A stretch of 64,000 nucleotides of DNA from Eledone cirrhosa (GCA_964016885.1 OZ024761.1:2294001-2358000), one strand, 5' to 3'. Shown: positions 12,548 through 25,185, counted from the first letter of the stretch. The notes: generated by a model not told the origin, from the sequence alone. Made by a program: numbers and translations.

Positions 12548-15330
12548 CTCATCATCATCATCGTTTAACGTCCATATTCCACGCTTGCATGGGTTTGGAC
12601 GGGAGTTTTCCCACTTGAGGCAAGAGTGGTTGTCTTGCTCGCATAGGACTGTCTGGCGGGTTTTCTACGGCTGGATGCCCTTCTTAACACCAACCACATT
12701 TACAGTGTGGGGCTGGGAGGTTTTTACCGTGTTACCTACACAGCCACATTACAGCGTGGACTGCGTTTTTTTTTTTGTCGTGACACCTACACGACCTCAT
12801 TTGTTTCGGCCTGGATGTTGTGGTACCAACATAACTTTACATTGAAAGCGGCGGTGGGGGTAGTGGGACGGGGGTGTATTTTGTTAGAGGTGCCTGCTGA
12901 CTGAAGTAGGTTTTACTTTGTATTTAGGTAAGGCGGGTCTTCTCTATTACTGTGTAGCGCCAAAGATCTCGGTCCAGTGACATTGTCTTGGAGAGGTGTA
13001 AGTGTGTGAGGTCGGAATTTATAGCTCTCACAAGCCATTCATCAACACCTAGTTTTCTAAGAGCCCACCAGATAATGGAACGGGAGACTCTGTCGAAGGC
13101 TTTCTCCAAGTCGACAAAAGCTAAGTATAGGGGTTTACTTTTAGCTAGGTACTTCTCCTGTAGTTGTCGTACAATGAAAAGAGCGTCTGTGGTACTTTTG
13201 CCTGACACAAACCCGAACTGCATTTCATCTAGATCAATTCTCTCTCTGATTAGTTGCGCTATTACTTTTTCCGTGACCTTCATGACCTGGTCGATTAATT
13301 TAATGCCTCTATAGTTACTCCTATCTAGGGCATCTCCTTTACCCTTGTAGCAGTTAATGATGATGCTGCTACGCCAGTCCTTCGGAACAACCCCATTCTG
13401 TATGACTTGGTTTACTATCCGGGTGACCATGGTGTGTCCCACCGTTCCAGAGTCTTTCAGCATTTCAGCAACTATTTCCGAAGGCCCAGCCGCCTTACCC
13501 GTCTTCATATCTTTGATTGCCTTACTTATTATACTACCTTCGACTAACACTGCTGGTCCCTCTATTGGGTCGATGTGGGGGAAACTGTCTTTCTCCCATT
13601 TATTCTCCTCATTTAGTAGCTTTCGTAGTGACACTTCCAAGCTACCTTCTTATCAGCGTCAGTGATGGCAAGTACACCATCATCATTAAGTACACACTTC
13701 TCTCCGACAATATCACGGTTTTCCTTGACACATTGCCTGGCAATCCTGAACACCTCACGTTTTTGGTCCTCGCTTTGTAGAACATGCTTGAACTTTCTTT
13801 CCTCTGCTTCCCTTCTCGCGAAATACACTTGTCTCCTAGCTTCCCTCCTGGCCACTTGATAGTCTTCTCTACTTCCCCCATGCCGCCATACTTTCCAAGC
13901 CTGCTTTTTGGCCTTAATTGACTCCTCCACCTTACTGTTCCACCACCATGTTACTCTCCTCCTGCCTATAGGCCTGCTCCAGCCACAGACTTCGTCTGCC
14001 GCCATCAGCAGGTTTGCTTTCAGGAATTCCCACTGTTCCTCTATATTGTACGACTCTAAATGCTCTTCCTTACTGTTGAAAGCATCAAGTAATATGCTTT
14101 TAAATTTATTTCTGGCTGTGGGGTCCTTTAGCTTCCATATTTTTCTCCTGAGGATAGTTCTCTTCTGTTGTCGTCCTGACTATGAGGTCGCTAATTATGA
14201 GTCTATGTTGGGAGGTGCATTCTTCATGGGGGAGGGATTTAGTGTTTACAACAGACACTCTGTCACGTCTTCTGGTAAGGATATAATCTACCTGGCTGGT
14301 ATGTTCCCCTGATCTATAGGTGATCAAGTGATTGTCTCGTTTTTTGAAGTTAGTGTTACAGATAGTTAGGTTATTTGCGTCACAGAATTCCAGGATTCTG
14401 GAGCCTTCCTCATTTCTAGTACCAAACCCATAGCCTCCGTGGATTCCATCATAGCCGTCACAATGTTGTCCAACGTGACCATTTAGGTCGCCAGCAATAA
14501 TTATATAGTCACTGTCGGTTATTTGGGAGGTAGTGAGCATCAGTGTCTCATAGAAATTGTCTTTTATAGCGCCAGGCAGTCCGGATTGGGGCGCGTACGC
14601 AGATATTACCGTCACAGTAGTTCTATTTAGAACAAGTCTTATTTTAATTATTCTGTCATTCACTCTATTTACGTCTATTATCTTATCCACCCATTTTTCT
14701 GCTAACATGATTCCTACCCCACCCAGCCCATTGTCATTTCCCACCCAGAAAAGCTTATAGCATCGTTTTTTACCCACAATGAATCTAGCAGACCCGCCCC
14801 TCCACCTGGTCTCTTGGATACAGCAAACATCAACCTCCTTACGTACAAGCATTTCTACAACCTCGTTAGAGCGGCCTTTTAAGGTGCCTACATTCATGGT
14901 ACCAACTCTGAAGTTTTGGATTGCGTTTGGTGGGTGGGGCGCAGGGAGGGGTGAGGTGGATGGGGTTGGGGTTATGTTGGCCATCCGCGGCCGCAACAAA
15001 GAGGAGGGGGCATTGCCCTTTCGTCCGGCAGCATGAGGTGAATTTGTCGTTATCTTTGGCATTGTCTTTGGGTGTCCAGATTCTTCAGACTCTCCAGAAA
15101 TTCCTTAGTCCATCCATCATATCGAAAAGCAACCAGAAGTGATAGCATAGGCTGTTGACTTGTGATTGGTCCAAATAATAAGGTGGAGAGTGGGGGCGGG
15201 AGGGCGGGGTATGGGATAGTTAGCGAGGAGCAGGCTTATTTATATTTGGTGCGTAGGGAGTGAGAGAGCGACGTATATGATAGAGAGAGAGTGGGGTTGA
15301 AAGCGATTTTAGAGGGCCGAGAGAGAGAGA
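12548..15330 (-). mobile_element. RTE LINE family B with intact 5' end and ~1 kb internal deletion
   Basis: ORF from 15062 with APE endonuclease; RT N-half joined directly to the C-terminus (WLVRAI|NSDLTHL); 3' UTR and (GAT)n tail. Confidence 0.95.
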
Positions 15331-16221
15331 AGCCATTTCTATGAATCCTGGAAAAATTTTTCGGCCAAAATGGTAGTGAGAAGATTATTTAGAACAACGT
15401 GGAGAAGATTTTTAGAACAGTGAGACAGAATTATAGAAAAACAATTATGAATAAGATTTTGATTCTGGGCGATTATAGATATATGGATGAATGAATATAT
15501 ATATATATATATGTGTCTATGTATATATGTGTGTATGAGTGTATATATATATATATGTGTGGGGTGTGTGTGTCTACGCATGTATGCGTACATATGTGTA
15601 TGCACGCATGTGTCTGTGTCTGCCTGTGTGTATTTGTATGTGTGGGTGCATGCTCTGGCATGTGAACAGACGTGTGAGATACTGAACCCAGCATGACTCC
15701 ATTGAAGTGTGTCGGACGGAAAATGGCTGATGACCCGTGTAGCAGTAAATAGTGACCAGACATCATTTAATGTTTATCTTCCACGCTAGCTTGTGTTAGA
15801 CGGTATATATATGTATATATGTATATATATATAAATATATATATATATCAGAGAGGAGTGAGTCTGTGTATACACACATGCACATTGGTGAAAGTGGGAG
15901 TGTGGTATAGTGGTGTGAGAGTGTATATTGGATTAGGTACCTCTTAATCCAATATACACCCCCACATCACCCTCCCACTTCTGCCTAAACCACCCTTACC
16001 CTGCAAAGTTATGTTGGTATCACAAAAACATCGAGCACACACTGTAAATATGGTTGGCGTTAGAAAGGGCATCCAGCTATAGAAAACCAGCCAGAAACAG
16101 TCCTATATAAGCGAGTCATGGTGAAACGACACGACTTGCCTTTAAATGGGACAAACCCACCTAACCCATGGTAGCGTGGAAGATGGAAGTTATTTGATGA
16201 TGAGGATGATGAGTATGATAT

Positions 16222-16556
16222 CATCATCATCATCATCATCATTTTTATGTCCACTTTTCCCTGCTTGCAAGGGTGGGACGGGAACTGATTCTGGCTTGAT
16301 TTCTACAGCTGGATGCCCTTCCTAACACCAACCTCATTTACTGTGTGGGCTGGCTGTTTTTTTGCCGTGGCACCTCCACAACCACTCTACAGTGGAATGA
16401 TAGGGACCGCAGTCCCTATCATCTCATTTCTACAGCTGAGTAAACTGGAGCAATGTGAAATAAAGTGTCTTGCTCAAGGAAACAACGCATCACCCAGTCT
16501 GAGAATTGAACTCACAACCTTTCGATTGCAAGGCCAATGCTCTAACCACTAAGCCA
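16222..16556 (-). mobile_element. tRNA-headed SINE with RTE-derived 3' tail
   Basis: Minus head ggcttagtggttagagcattggccttgcaatcgaaaggttgtgagttcaatt; tail cccacccttgcaagcagggaaaa..aaaatgatgatg shared with RTE family C. Confidence 0.85.
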
Positions 16557-16647
16557 TTAATATATATATATTAGTATTGGTGCTCTGAAATAGCGATGTA
16601 TACATGAATGTATGTATAGTATATTTGGCAATATACTGTATGTTTAA

Positions 16648-17224
16648 TTAACCCTTTAGCATTCACATTATTTTTTGATGGTATTATATTTTGATGGTAA
16701 AGGCTTTACCTCACATAATTATGTCACATACAGCCAGTAGGCATCTCTAACAAAATACACCCCGTCCCACCACCACCACCCCCACCCCATCCACACCGCC
16801 CCCTTCTATGTAAAGTTATGTTGGTGCCACACCATCCAGGCCGAAACAAATGAGACCGTGTAGGTGTCACGACAAAAAAACACACAGTCCACGCTGTAAT
16901 GTGGCCGTGTAGGCAACACGGTAAAAACCTCCCAGACCCACACTGTAAATGTGGTTGGTGTTAGGAAGGGCATCCAACTGTAGAAAACCTGCCAGACAGT
17001 CCTATGCGAGCAAGACAATCACTCTTGCCTCAAGTGGGACTACCCCCGTCCAAACCCATGCAAGCGTGGAACACGGGACGTTAAACGTTGATGATGATGA
17101 TGATGATGATGATGAATATCAAATCTATGAGAACAATACCTTAACATTAGTTTGAGCGACCAGTTACAGCCAGTTTCAACAGAAAGAGAGAGAATTCTGG
17201 CCGGTTTGAACATTAAAGGGTTAA
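16648..17224. mobile_element. TTAA-ended MITE (piggyBac-like ends) interrupted by an RTE-B 3' tail (16730-17115)
   Basis: ttaacccttta...taaagggttaa termini; internal segment is the reverse complement of 33875-34255. Confidence 0.6.
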
Positions 17225-17391
17225 AAAGATTTTTAAGACCATCACTATGAGTTTTAAAGTAGTGACTATATGAAGGATCTTCTAAATGTTTTTAATTAAA
17301 CATACAGTATATTGCCAAATATACTATACATACATACATTCATATATATATGAGCACAACAAATAAGAATACACACATAAACATGTCTTAC

Positions 17392-17460
17392 CTTTAACAC
17401 ATACTGTCTCTCATCTCTTCTGAATGTACAACTGTTGAATATCTGTGCTGGACAATAACC
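17392..17460 (-). CDS. POLRMT: POLRMT coding exon 6
   Basis: tttctattgtcag acceptor, GTAAGA donor, 69 nt phase 0; GYCPAQIFNSCTFRRDERQYVLK resembles human ...LSEEDRATVLK. Confidence 0.82.
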
Positions 17461-17747
17461 CTGACAATAGAAATATACATAGATAAATAAATGTGTGTAT
17501 GTATATATACACATATATATATATATAAAGAGAGGGAGAGATATGTATATGTATGTATATATATATATATATATAAAAACATACATATCTTATAAAGTAA
17601 TTAATCAAAGTAGCATTTACACAAAAGTAGCATAAGTCAAATATATATATAGATAGATAAATAAATGTATGTGTATGTATATATATATATACACATATCT
17701 CTCTCCCTCTCTTTATATATATATATACTCACACACATACATCATTA

Positions 17748-18825
17748 TCTATAAAAGGCAGATTGTTGTTGTTGTGTGTGTGTGTGCATGTTCCATGTTT
17801 ATACATTTGCACAATTTCAAACCGATTCGACTCAAAGTCTGCAAGAATGTTGTAAATGGTCTAACTTAGGTCAACGACTATTTATTTCATTCAAACTCAC
17901 CCACAATTAGGGAAATAATCGATAAAACTAAATACATGACGCTTTACCCCTCGAATAGAATCAGATATCCTCTCTCTACTCCCCTTCATCAGAGAAAGTT
18001 GCAGCATGTATGTAGTTTTATCGAATATAAACATGGAACATGCACACACACACACACAACAACAACAATCTGCCTTTTATAGATAATGATGATGATTAAA
18101 CTTACAAACTTTAAGCGAGTGAGACAGAGAGCGAGAACGTTTGTTTTTGAGTGTGGAACAGTCAAACATTTATTGACTTCAATGACAACGAAGAGAACTT
18201 ATTACATTTCATACGAAACAACAATTATTCAAAAGCAACAGATAAATTTATTCAACAACAAAAAAAATAGCGATAAATTTTTTTTAAAACGTCTATCAAC
18301 GAACGTGGAAGAAAGAAGTATCAGTTCATTTACTATACACAATAATATCCTCTATGAGGTCACTAAACTTGCTAGAAACACCAGCTAACTCTCCCCCATA
18401 TCACACCACTCCCTACTGTCTTAAATTTAGAAAACATATCCTCTATGAGGTCACTAAACCTGCTAGAAACAGCAGCTAACTCTCCCCCATATCACGCCCC
18501 TCCCTATTGTCTTAAATTTAGAAAACACACATTAGACAACCATGCAGAACAACTCCATCGCAGATCTGTTGTTCAGCTGACATCGTCTACGCGTGTATTG
18601 CGCAAGTACTGTGAAACAATAAATTTCAACACTTCTTTGCACAGAGATAATATCCATAGGCGAAGCTACAATTGTCACTGCTGGCGCAGCTCCTGCTTCG
18701 GCAGTCCAGGTCTGCAATTCATTCACCCAGTGCCTGGCAGACAAAAAAGTGCTGCCATAAAATGGGTGGTGCAACCTAACTTTGGTAACTTACTGACCCT
18801 GAGCAACGTTGGGCTTTAATGCTAG
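17748..18825 (+). mobile_element. Non-autonomous Helitron-like element with inverted duplicated head
   Basis: Starts TCTATAAAAGGCAG, ends hairpin ccctgagcaacgttggg..gCTAG; ~62-bp inverted copy of head at 18028-18091; internal ~90-bp tandem duplication at 18347-18530. Confidence 0.6.
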
Positions 18826-19015
18826 TATCTTATAAAGTAATTAATCAAAGTAGCATAAGTCGAATATATATACATATATGTATACACACACTGTTGTAAT
18901 AGTGGTGGTGGTATTGGTGCTGCTGGTTGTACATTGTAGTTTAACCATTGAATGACCTTAGTCTGGCCCCTTGCTGGACCTTAAGTATTAGACAAAATAA
19001 CCAGAAACCACTTAC

Positions 19016-19171
19016 ATCTCTTCTTAAATCCTGGAGTATATGGTGGCCAAGTTGAATATCTGGGGAGCCAGACCTACCAAGACATTCAAGACAAGCAGCG
19101 TAACACTGCAAGCTCGGCTTTAAATGGACCTTCATCATCCTAAACACATCTCGGATGGAATCAAAATTTCC
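19016..19171 (-). CDS. POLRMT: POLRMT coding exon 5 (PPR repeat)
   Basis: ttattcttcag acceptor, GTAAGT donor, 156 nt phase 0; GNFDSIRDVFRMMKVHLKPSLQCYAACLECLGR resembles human GAFKELVYVLFMVKDAGLTPDLLSYAAALQCMGR. Confidence 0.9.
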
Positions 19172-19367
19172 CTGAAGAATAATACAAAAAAAAAAAGTAA
19201 GTTTTAATATTTTATAAACTGATGTTTGCTGGAAACATAGAGAAAGGTGAGGAAAAGAGTTAATTTAGAGAGCGAGAGCAATGGAGAAAGTTATAGAAAA
19301 AAGTTTTAGCGAGCTAGAGCAATGCTAATATGATAGTAAATATTAAAAAATTAAAAATAATAATTTC

Positions 19368-19575
19368 TGATTTAAGCACAGGGCCGCAATTTGGGGGGGG
19401 GGGGGGGGGGGGGGGGCTAAATAAAATCAACAGTGCAAGACTGGTACTTTATTTTATCAACTCCATAAGGATGAAAGGCAAAGTTAACCTTGGTAAGATT
19501 TGAACTCAGAACTTAAAGGGCCATAACTAAATACTGCAAAACCTTTTGTCCGATGCTCTACAGACTGCCAATCCA
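19368..19575 (-). mobile_element. tRNA-derived SINE
   Basis: Same family as 6538-6724. Confidence 0.8.
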
Positions 19576-20182
19576 TAAAAAAAATTGATAAAAATGTTGG
19601 GATGTCAAATTAGTCCTTGATATTTCAGGATAAAATCCCTTTGTCAAAAGAAATGTAAAAAATACTTTTTAGAGGGCTATAGCAATGCAAATAAGACAAT
19701 GCTAAAAATATAACAAAGATGTTAGGATGTTACCTAAAGTGGTTATGTAGGTGTCAGAACAGAATGCAACCAGCACACACTGAAAATGTGGTTGACATTA
19801 AGAAAGGCATCCAGCCATAAAAACCAAGCCAAAATCAGTAGCTGTTAAAACGGCAGGATCTTAGCCGTCGGGGTCCTGAATTTTTCATATAAATATATAT
19901 ATATATATAAATAAATGTAAATCTGGTTGGTGTTAGGAAGGGCATCCAGCCGTAGAAAACCTGCCAGATGGTCCTATACGAGTGAGACACGGTCACCCGA
20001 CCAATCTTGCCTCAAGTGGGACAATTCCTGTCTAACCCATGTTAGCGTGGAAGATAAACGATGATGATGATGATGATGATGATGATGATATATAAACATA
20101 TATATATGTGTGTAGTGACTCACCTGTTTACCTAACAAATATATATATACACACATATATATATATACTAGCCGAATTACCT

Positions 20183-20219
<37 letters not shown>

Positions 20220-20223
<4 letters not shown>

Positions 20224-21085
20224 ACTCAATATTAAGATAGTAGAAAGACCAGGTACCTCCGTAAAAACACTTATTAGCAAGACATACCCTTTCCAAAGAC
20301 CCCCCTGTATAGATAAGAAATGTATAACCTGTAAAATAAGCCCCCATATTAACTGTAAAACTAGAAATGTAGTGTATAGCATAAGATGTACTGAAGGACA
20401 ATGTAGAGACAAAAATATAGTGTACATAGGTGAGACAGCTCGTAGTGTAGGGGAACGGATAAATGAACACTGGCGAGACCTTCAAGATAGTAAAGAATCA
20501 TCTGTACTCTACCAACATGCTAAAATAGAACATAAGGGTAAATTAGAGAACATAGAAATAAAAATAGAATCTACACACAGAAAAGACGCAATGTTTAGAC
20601 AAATCACAGAGGCAATAAACATAAAAGAATTACAACCAAAATTAAATAGAAAATATGAGTGGAACAGCAACATCACAACTTACAATTAAGGACAAAATGA
20701 AAACACACACACACATAGAACAAACAACTAACCGGTAACATGTAAATAAACAAATAAACAAACAAATATAAACACACACACAGACACCCGGATGTGGCGC
20801 ATGCGCAGACTGAGCACACAACACACACAAGGAAACAAAATGGCGTAGGACAGAACAAAGGAGAGGCACAAAAACAAAGAAAAGAATCCACAGTCACTGA
20901 AGAGGTCACAGAATGTGTGACGAAAGAACTTTGACAATATATAAACAACTATCTGGTTGTGGAACCAACCAACCAACCAGAAATTTATAAATTCCTAAAT
21001 TTATAAATTTATTATAATAAATTGAAGTGAAAGCAACTGGTGCGTGTGTTTCTTATTGGCAACATGACCCTCCCAAAGTATAACA
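20220..21085 (+). mobile_element. Penelope-like element 3' part: GIY-YIG endonuclease ORF plus hammerhead
   Basis: C..C..C...CKTRNVVYSIRC...YIGETARSVGERINEH..SSVLYQH..RQITEAINI..PKLNRKYEW; hammerhead at 20893-20935. Confidence 0.9.
20893..20935 (+). ncRNA. Minimal type I hammerhead ribozyme
   Basis: gtca-CTGAAGA-g-gtcaca-gaatg-tgtgac-GAAA-gaac-TT-tgac. Confidence 0.7.
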
Positions 21086-21114
21086 ATATATATATACAAA
21101 TATATATATATATA

Positions 21115-21499
21115 CTAGCCGAATTACCCGCGCCTTGCTGCATTTCACACATTTTTTTTGTAAGAAAATGATGATTGATTTTAAATCAGTGATATAATTT
21201 ATAAAGAAAAACTCCATTAGAGTGTCTTAATATTATTGAAATTTGCTGAAATTTAGTGAATAGGCATCATATCTTGTCATTTACCTATGGTTTAAATTTC
21301 ATATAAATTGAAGGGAAAATATTTTCAGCGGGGGTTTGTGCCCCCGGGGAACCCTTTGATTAAAATGAAATATATGTAAGAAATCAAATGGGCATGAGCC
21401 CCACACACGTGTCAAGTTTCATCAAGATCGGTTTGGTAGTTTTTGAGTTTTAGGTTCACAAACAAACAGACAGAAATTGCCATTTATGTATCTGTTAGA
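21115..21499 (-). mobile_element. Non-autonomous Helitron-like element
   Basis: Minus strand starts TC with tctgtctgtttgtttgt head and ends with a GC-rich subterminal segment then CTAG. Confidence 0.6.
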
Positions 21500-22858
21500 C
21501 ACGCAGTGACTAACAACAGAATGTTTTAAGTCTGCATGTCTGACAATATATGCGTAGCTTGTGAATAAAAGATTCAAGGGGTATCGCTGGCTGTGGCGAT
21601 TCCTTCCAAACATGTTTTGTAATGTATCATCTAATTGGCTAATTTCATCGTCTTATTGGCTAATCAACCAACAAGAGTAATTGTTGCTCAAAAGCGTTTT
21701 GTTTGCACGTTTATTTATCGTTTCGCTTTCGAATCTCTCTCCTGTATTTTGTCGTTTTATCATCAAAATATTTTTCCTATTTTGGTAAGTTATATTGTTA
21801 ATTTATATATGATTTTTTAAATTTATATTAGCTATTTTTTTTCAGTTCGTTATAACATGCTTAGAATATTGGTTGTATCGTATTTTTTTGTATATATGTC
21901 CATATTATTGTTCGTTTTATGTTAGATTATTTTATTATTATTATGTTCGACTATTTGTATGTAATATTTAATTTTTATTAATTCAACTATAACAATTATT
22001 TTGTAAAATATATTTATTTAATATTTTTGTATCTTGTTCCTCTTTATATAGTGTAATGGAATATAGGCAGAGTTCGGATTGTAATACAAACTGCACTTTC
22101 TTTGTAAAAATTTGTAAGAATAATTTTTCTAAAAACTTTGTTTGTAAAAATTTGTAAAAATAATTTTTTTTTAATTTTGTTTGTAAAAGTTTGTACAAAT
22201 ATTTTTAAAACTATCATTTTTACAAAAGTTTGTAAATTTTTGTTTGTAAAAAATTTTAAAACACTCCAAGATAACATGTATTTAATAATAAATTGATAAT
22301 TTATAGTGATCTGGCAGTCATATTACCAGTAATGCACTGGGTAATTGCTGGCCTTGTGCCTTAAGTAGAAACAATTATGATTGTAAACTTTGTAATTTTA
22401 TTCAATAACTGTAATTGTAAAATTTTGTTATTTTGATCTAAAATAACTTTATAATTGTAAAATTGTGTTCTAAAATAACCTTGTAATTGTAAAATTTCAT
22501 ATTTTTGAAATTTGTGTGCAAAAATATCAATTTTTAATTTAATGTACTTAGTTTACAGGTGCCATGTGCGTTTAAAAATGTTTGATATTATTAATATATT
22601 CGATCGCAAATTGGCATATTTATATCTGAACATAAGTATGACAAATCTTATTTAATAAGTATGACAAATGTTATAAATAAGTATTTATTTGCAGGTTCGT
22701 GATGTATCCCGCAAGTGAATCGGGACCCGTCACCGATTTTGGTGTCCCCACTGCCGATGTGAATTGGTGTTGCGGGCAGTTCATCTTCTTACAATCATGC
22801 GGTCCCACAAGCTTGTTCATATTGCTGTGCCAATAATCTGCCAGACAGGTGTATTAAA

Positions 22859-23307
22859 TTGGACGCGGAAGTAGCTTTCCGGATGCGGAATCGGGAAAAG
22901 TTGAGACAAAAACAGGCCGATTATAGAGCTGCGAATTCGGCTAAAATAAAGCAAAAACAGGCCGAGCATAGATCTTCAAAACGGCATGAGTTGGCAAACA
23001 AGCAGGCCGAGTACAGATCTGCAAATTCAGTTGTTATATCTAAAAAAAACAAGCCGAGCGTAGTGCTAGGAAACGTACCGAGTTGGCTAAAAAGCAGGCT
23101 GAGTACAGATCTGCGAAGCGAGATAAAGTATTGCAAAGAAAGGCTGTGTATAGAATTGTCAATAAAGATAATATACAGTCTTATCAGAAAGCTTACTATA
23201 AAAACAAAAATGTTCTTCGTAAGCGGTCTTTGCATCAAATAAGGAAACTAGAAAAAATGCTTGACTTCCCGGATGCAGCATCAGATCTTGGAGCACAGAT
23301 TTGTTAA
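22859..23307 (+). pseudogene. Frameshifted ORF with 14-aa KQAEYRSAN-type repeats, probably transposon/virus-derived
   Basis: Two overlapping ORFs joined at the A-run near 23042; periodic KQA(D/E)(Y/H)R(S/A) motif. Confidence 0.45.
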
Positions 23308-23490
23308 GTCGTATAAAAAGACGATAATCGACACCAATCTTCGCAAGGAGGCACATATTCACGTGCAGAGTGTGTTCTCCAGATCCGTTGGTATGCGCAA
23401 TTTTCTGTGTGCTCTTACAACGATAATTTATTATTAATATATATCATGTTTAACTAGAGTTATTACAAGCGTTGCCTTAAAAAATATTAA

Positions 23491-24490
23491 ACTAGACCTG
23501 AAAAATGCGCAAGCTCAAAAGAGCCACAGAATGTTATAATAAACCTTCAAAAGTGTGGGACTAGAGTTGTTGCTCAAAAATATTGTAATCATTATTTATC
23601 GTACATTCTGTGGCATCCTTTATAAAAATATCACAATAAATGCATCTATGTAATAACAGCTATAAATAATTACGTAATATTATTATCATATACTCATAGT
23701 AACAAAATAATTGTGTTGAAAATGAATATGATGCTTATATGAGCGATCAAATCTATAATGATAATTTTATAAATATACTAATATTAAAATAATTTAGTTA
23801 TATATTGTTACATTTTCATCGAACTATAACATTAACAATCGTATTGTGTCATCAAATTTGTATCACTGCAAACTTTCATATTGGAATTACCTTAAGCCAC
23901 TTGTCATTACTTCGCTTTCGTACTTTTACAGATGTAGATATTCGGCTGTATCTTATATCTAATATCATGATCTCATGGTAATTTGCATGCAGTGTAAAAT
24001 AGGTTTATTAATAACTTTAATATGAAATATGGAATGTATTATACAGGACTGCGGAGTCGGCCAAAAATTGACTGGCTTCAACTCCGGATTCGATACTCCA
24101 TTATTTCCTAAATTTCAGCTCCGCAGCCCTGTTATTATAATAATTTATTTTATAATTGTAAATCATATTTTTATATGTTACACTCTAAGTGAAATAGTGT
24201 AAAAAGAAAGGTATAGTTGGTTTAAGCTAATGTTCAATATCTCATATTAGATGTTTAGTAATGATTAATACGAAATGCACTTAAACCGAATTCTATATTA
24301 TAAATTCATTTAAATAATTATCGTGTTGTCTTGAGTTCGTTATGAGTCTCTTTTTTATAAAAGGATGCCACAGAATGTACGATAGATAATGATTACAATA
24401 TTTTTGAGCAACAACTCTAGTCCCACACTGTTGAAGGTTTATTATAACATTCTGTGGCTCTTTTGAGCTTGCACATTTTTCAGGTCTAGT
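23491..24490. mobile_element. 1-kb element bounded by ~137-bp inverted repeats
   Basis: 23491-23628 is the reverse complement of 24352-24490 with few mismatches; both outer ends ACTAG/CTAGT. Confidence 0.65.
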
Positions 24491-24515
24491 ATAGATATGT
24501 GTGTGTGTGACTCAC

Positions 24516-24641
24516 CTGTTTAGCGAGGGCGTGCATGAGGCTGCTGTATATCTCAGGCTTAATAATCTTCAGCAAAACTTCAGCAGGTCGTTGCTTGTGT
24601 TGATAATTATAGAACTTGACCATAGCTATGGCTTTGCTGAC
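24516..24641 (-). CDS. POLRMT: POLRMT coding exon 4 (PPR region)
   Basis: tctctgtacccttag acceptor, GTGAGT donor, 126 nt phase 0; VSKAIAMVKFYNYQHKQRPAEVLLKIIKPEIYSSLMHALAKQ, PPR-like Y-x-x-L-M-x-x-x-A-K-Q-G across the junction. Confidence 0.85.
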
Positions 24642-24769
24642 CTAAGGGTACAGAGAAAGACTTTCAGTGGACAAGGGGTCACCGTATATACACAAAAATA
24701 ACAAGGGTCAGTGACTAGATAAAAAGCAGAGGGTGACAAATTTATGTAATAAACATTTCTAACAGAGGC

Positions 24770-25185
24770 ATATGCCTGAAACATTTTAGAGGGAGAGAGG
24801 AAGTGAACAATTACTTAAACCACTCCCAGTACATTACTGGTACTTTATTTTATCGACCCTGGAAGGATGAAGAATTAAGGTGACCCTAGTGGGAATATAA
24901 TGATAATAATGAGGTTTAATTTAAGCACAAAACCAGCAAATTTTGGGGAAAGGGCAAAGTCAGTTACACCAACTCCAGAACTTGACTGGTACTTTATTTT
25001 ATTGAGCTTGGAAGGATGAAGGGAAAAGTTGACCTCAGTGAGATAATAATTGGTTCTACATTTGGCACAAGGCCAACAATTTGGGGGGAGAAGAAAGTTG
25101 ATTAAATCGACCCCAGTACAATACTGGTTCTTTATTTTATCAACCCCGTAAGGATGAAAGGCAAAGCTAACCTTGACAGGATAAT
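24770..25185 (-). mobile_element. Three tandem truncated SINE 3' halves
   Basis: Repeated ctggtactttattttatcgacc..aaggatgaa motif at ~24837, ~24986 and ~25125. Confidence 0.7.

Noticed and set aside
16500-16556. tRNA-like sequences
   Set aside because: A/B boxes are heads of SINEs continuing into core and tail; no complete cloverleaf seen.
17935-17996. CTGATGA on the minus strand near 17992
   Set aside because: No GAAA or closing stems; at best a dead remnant.
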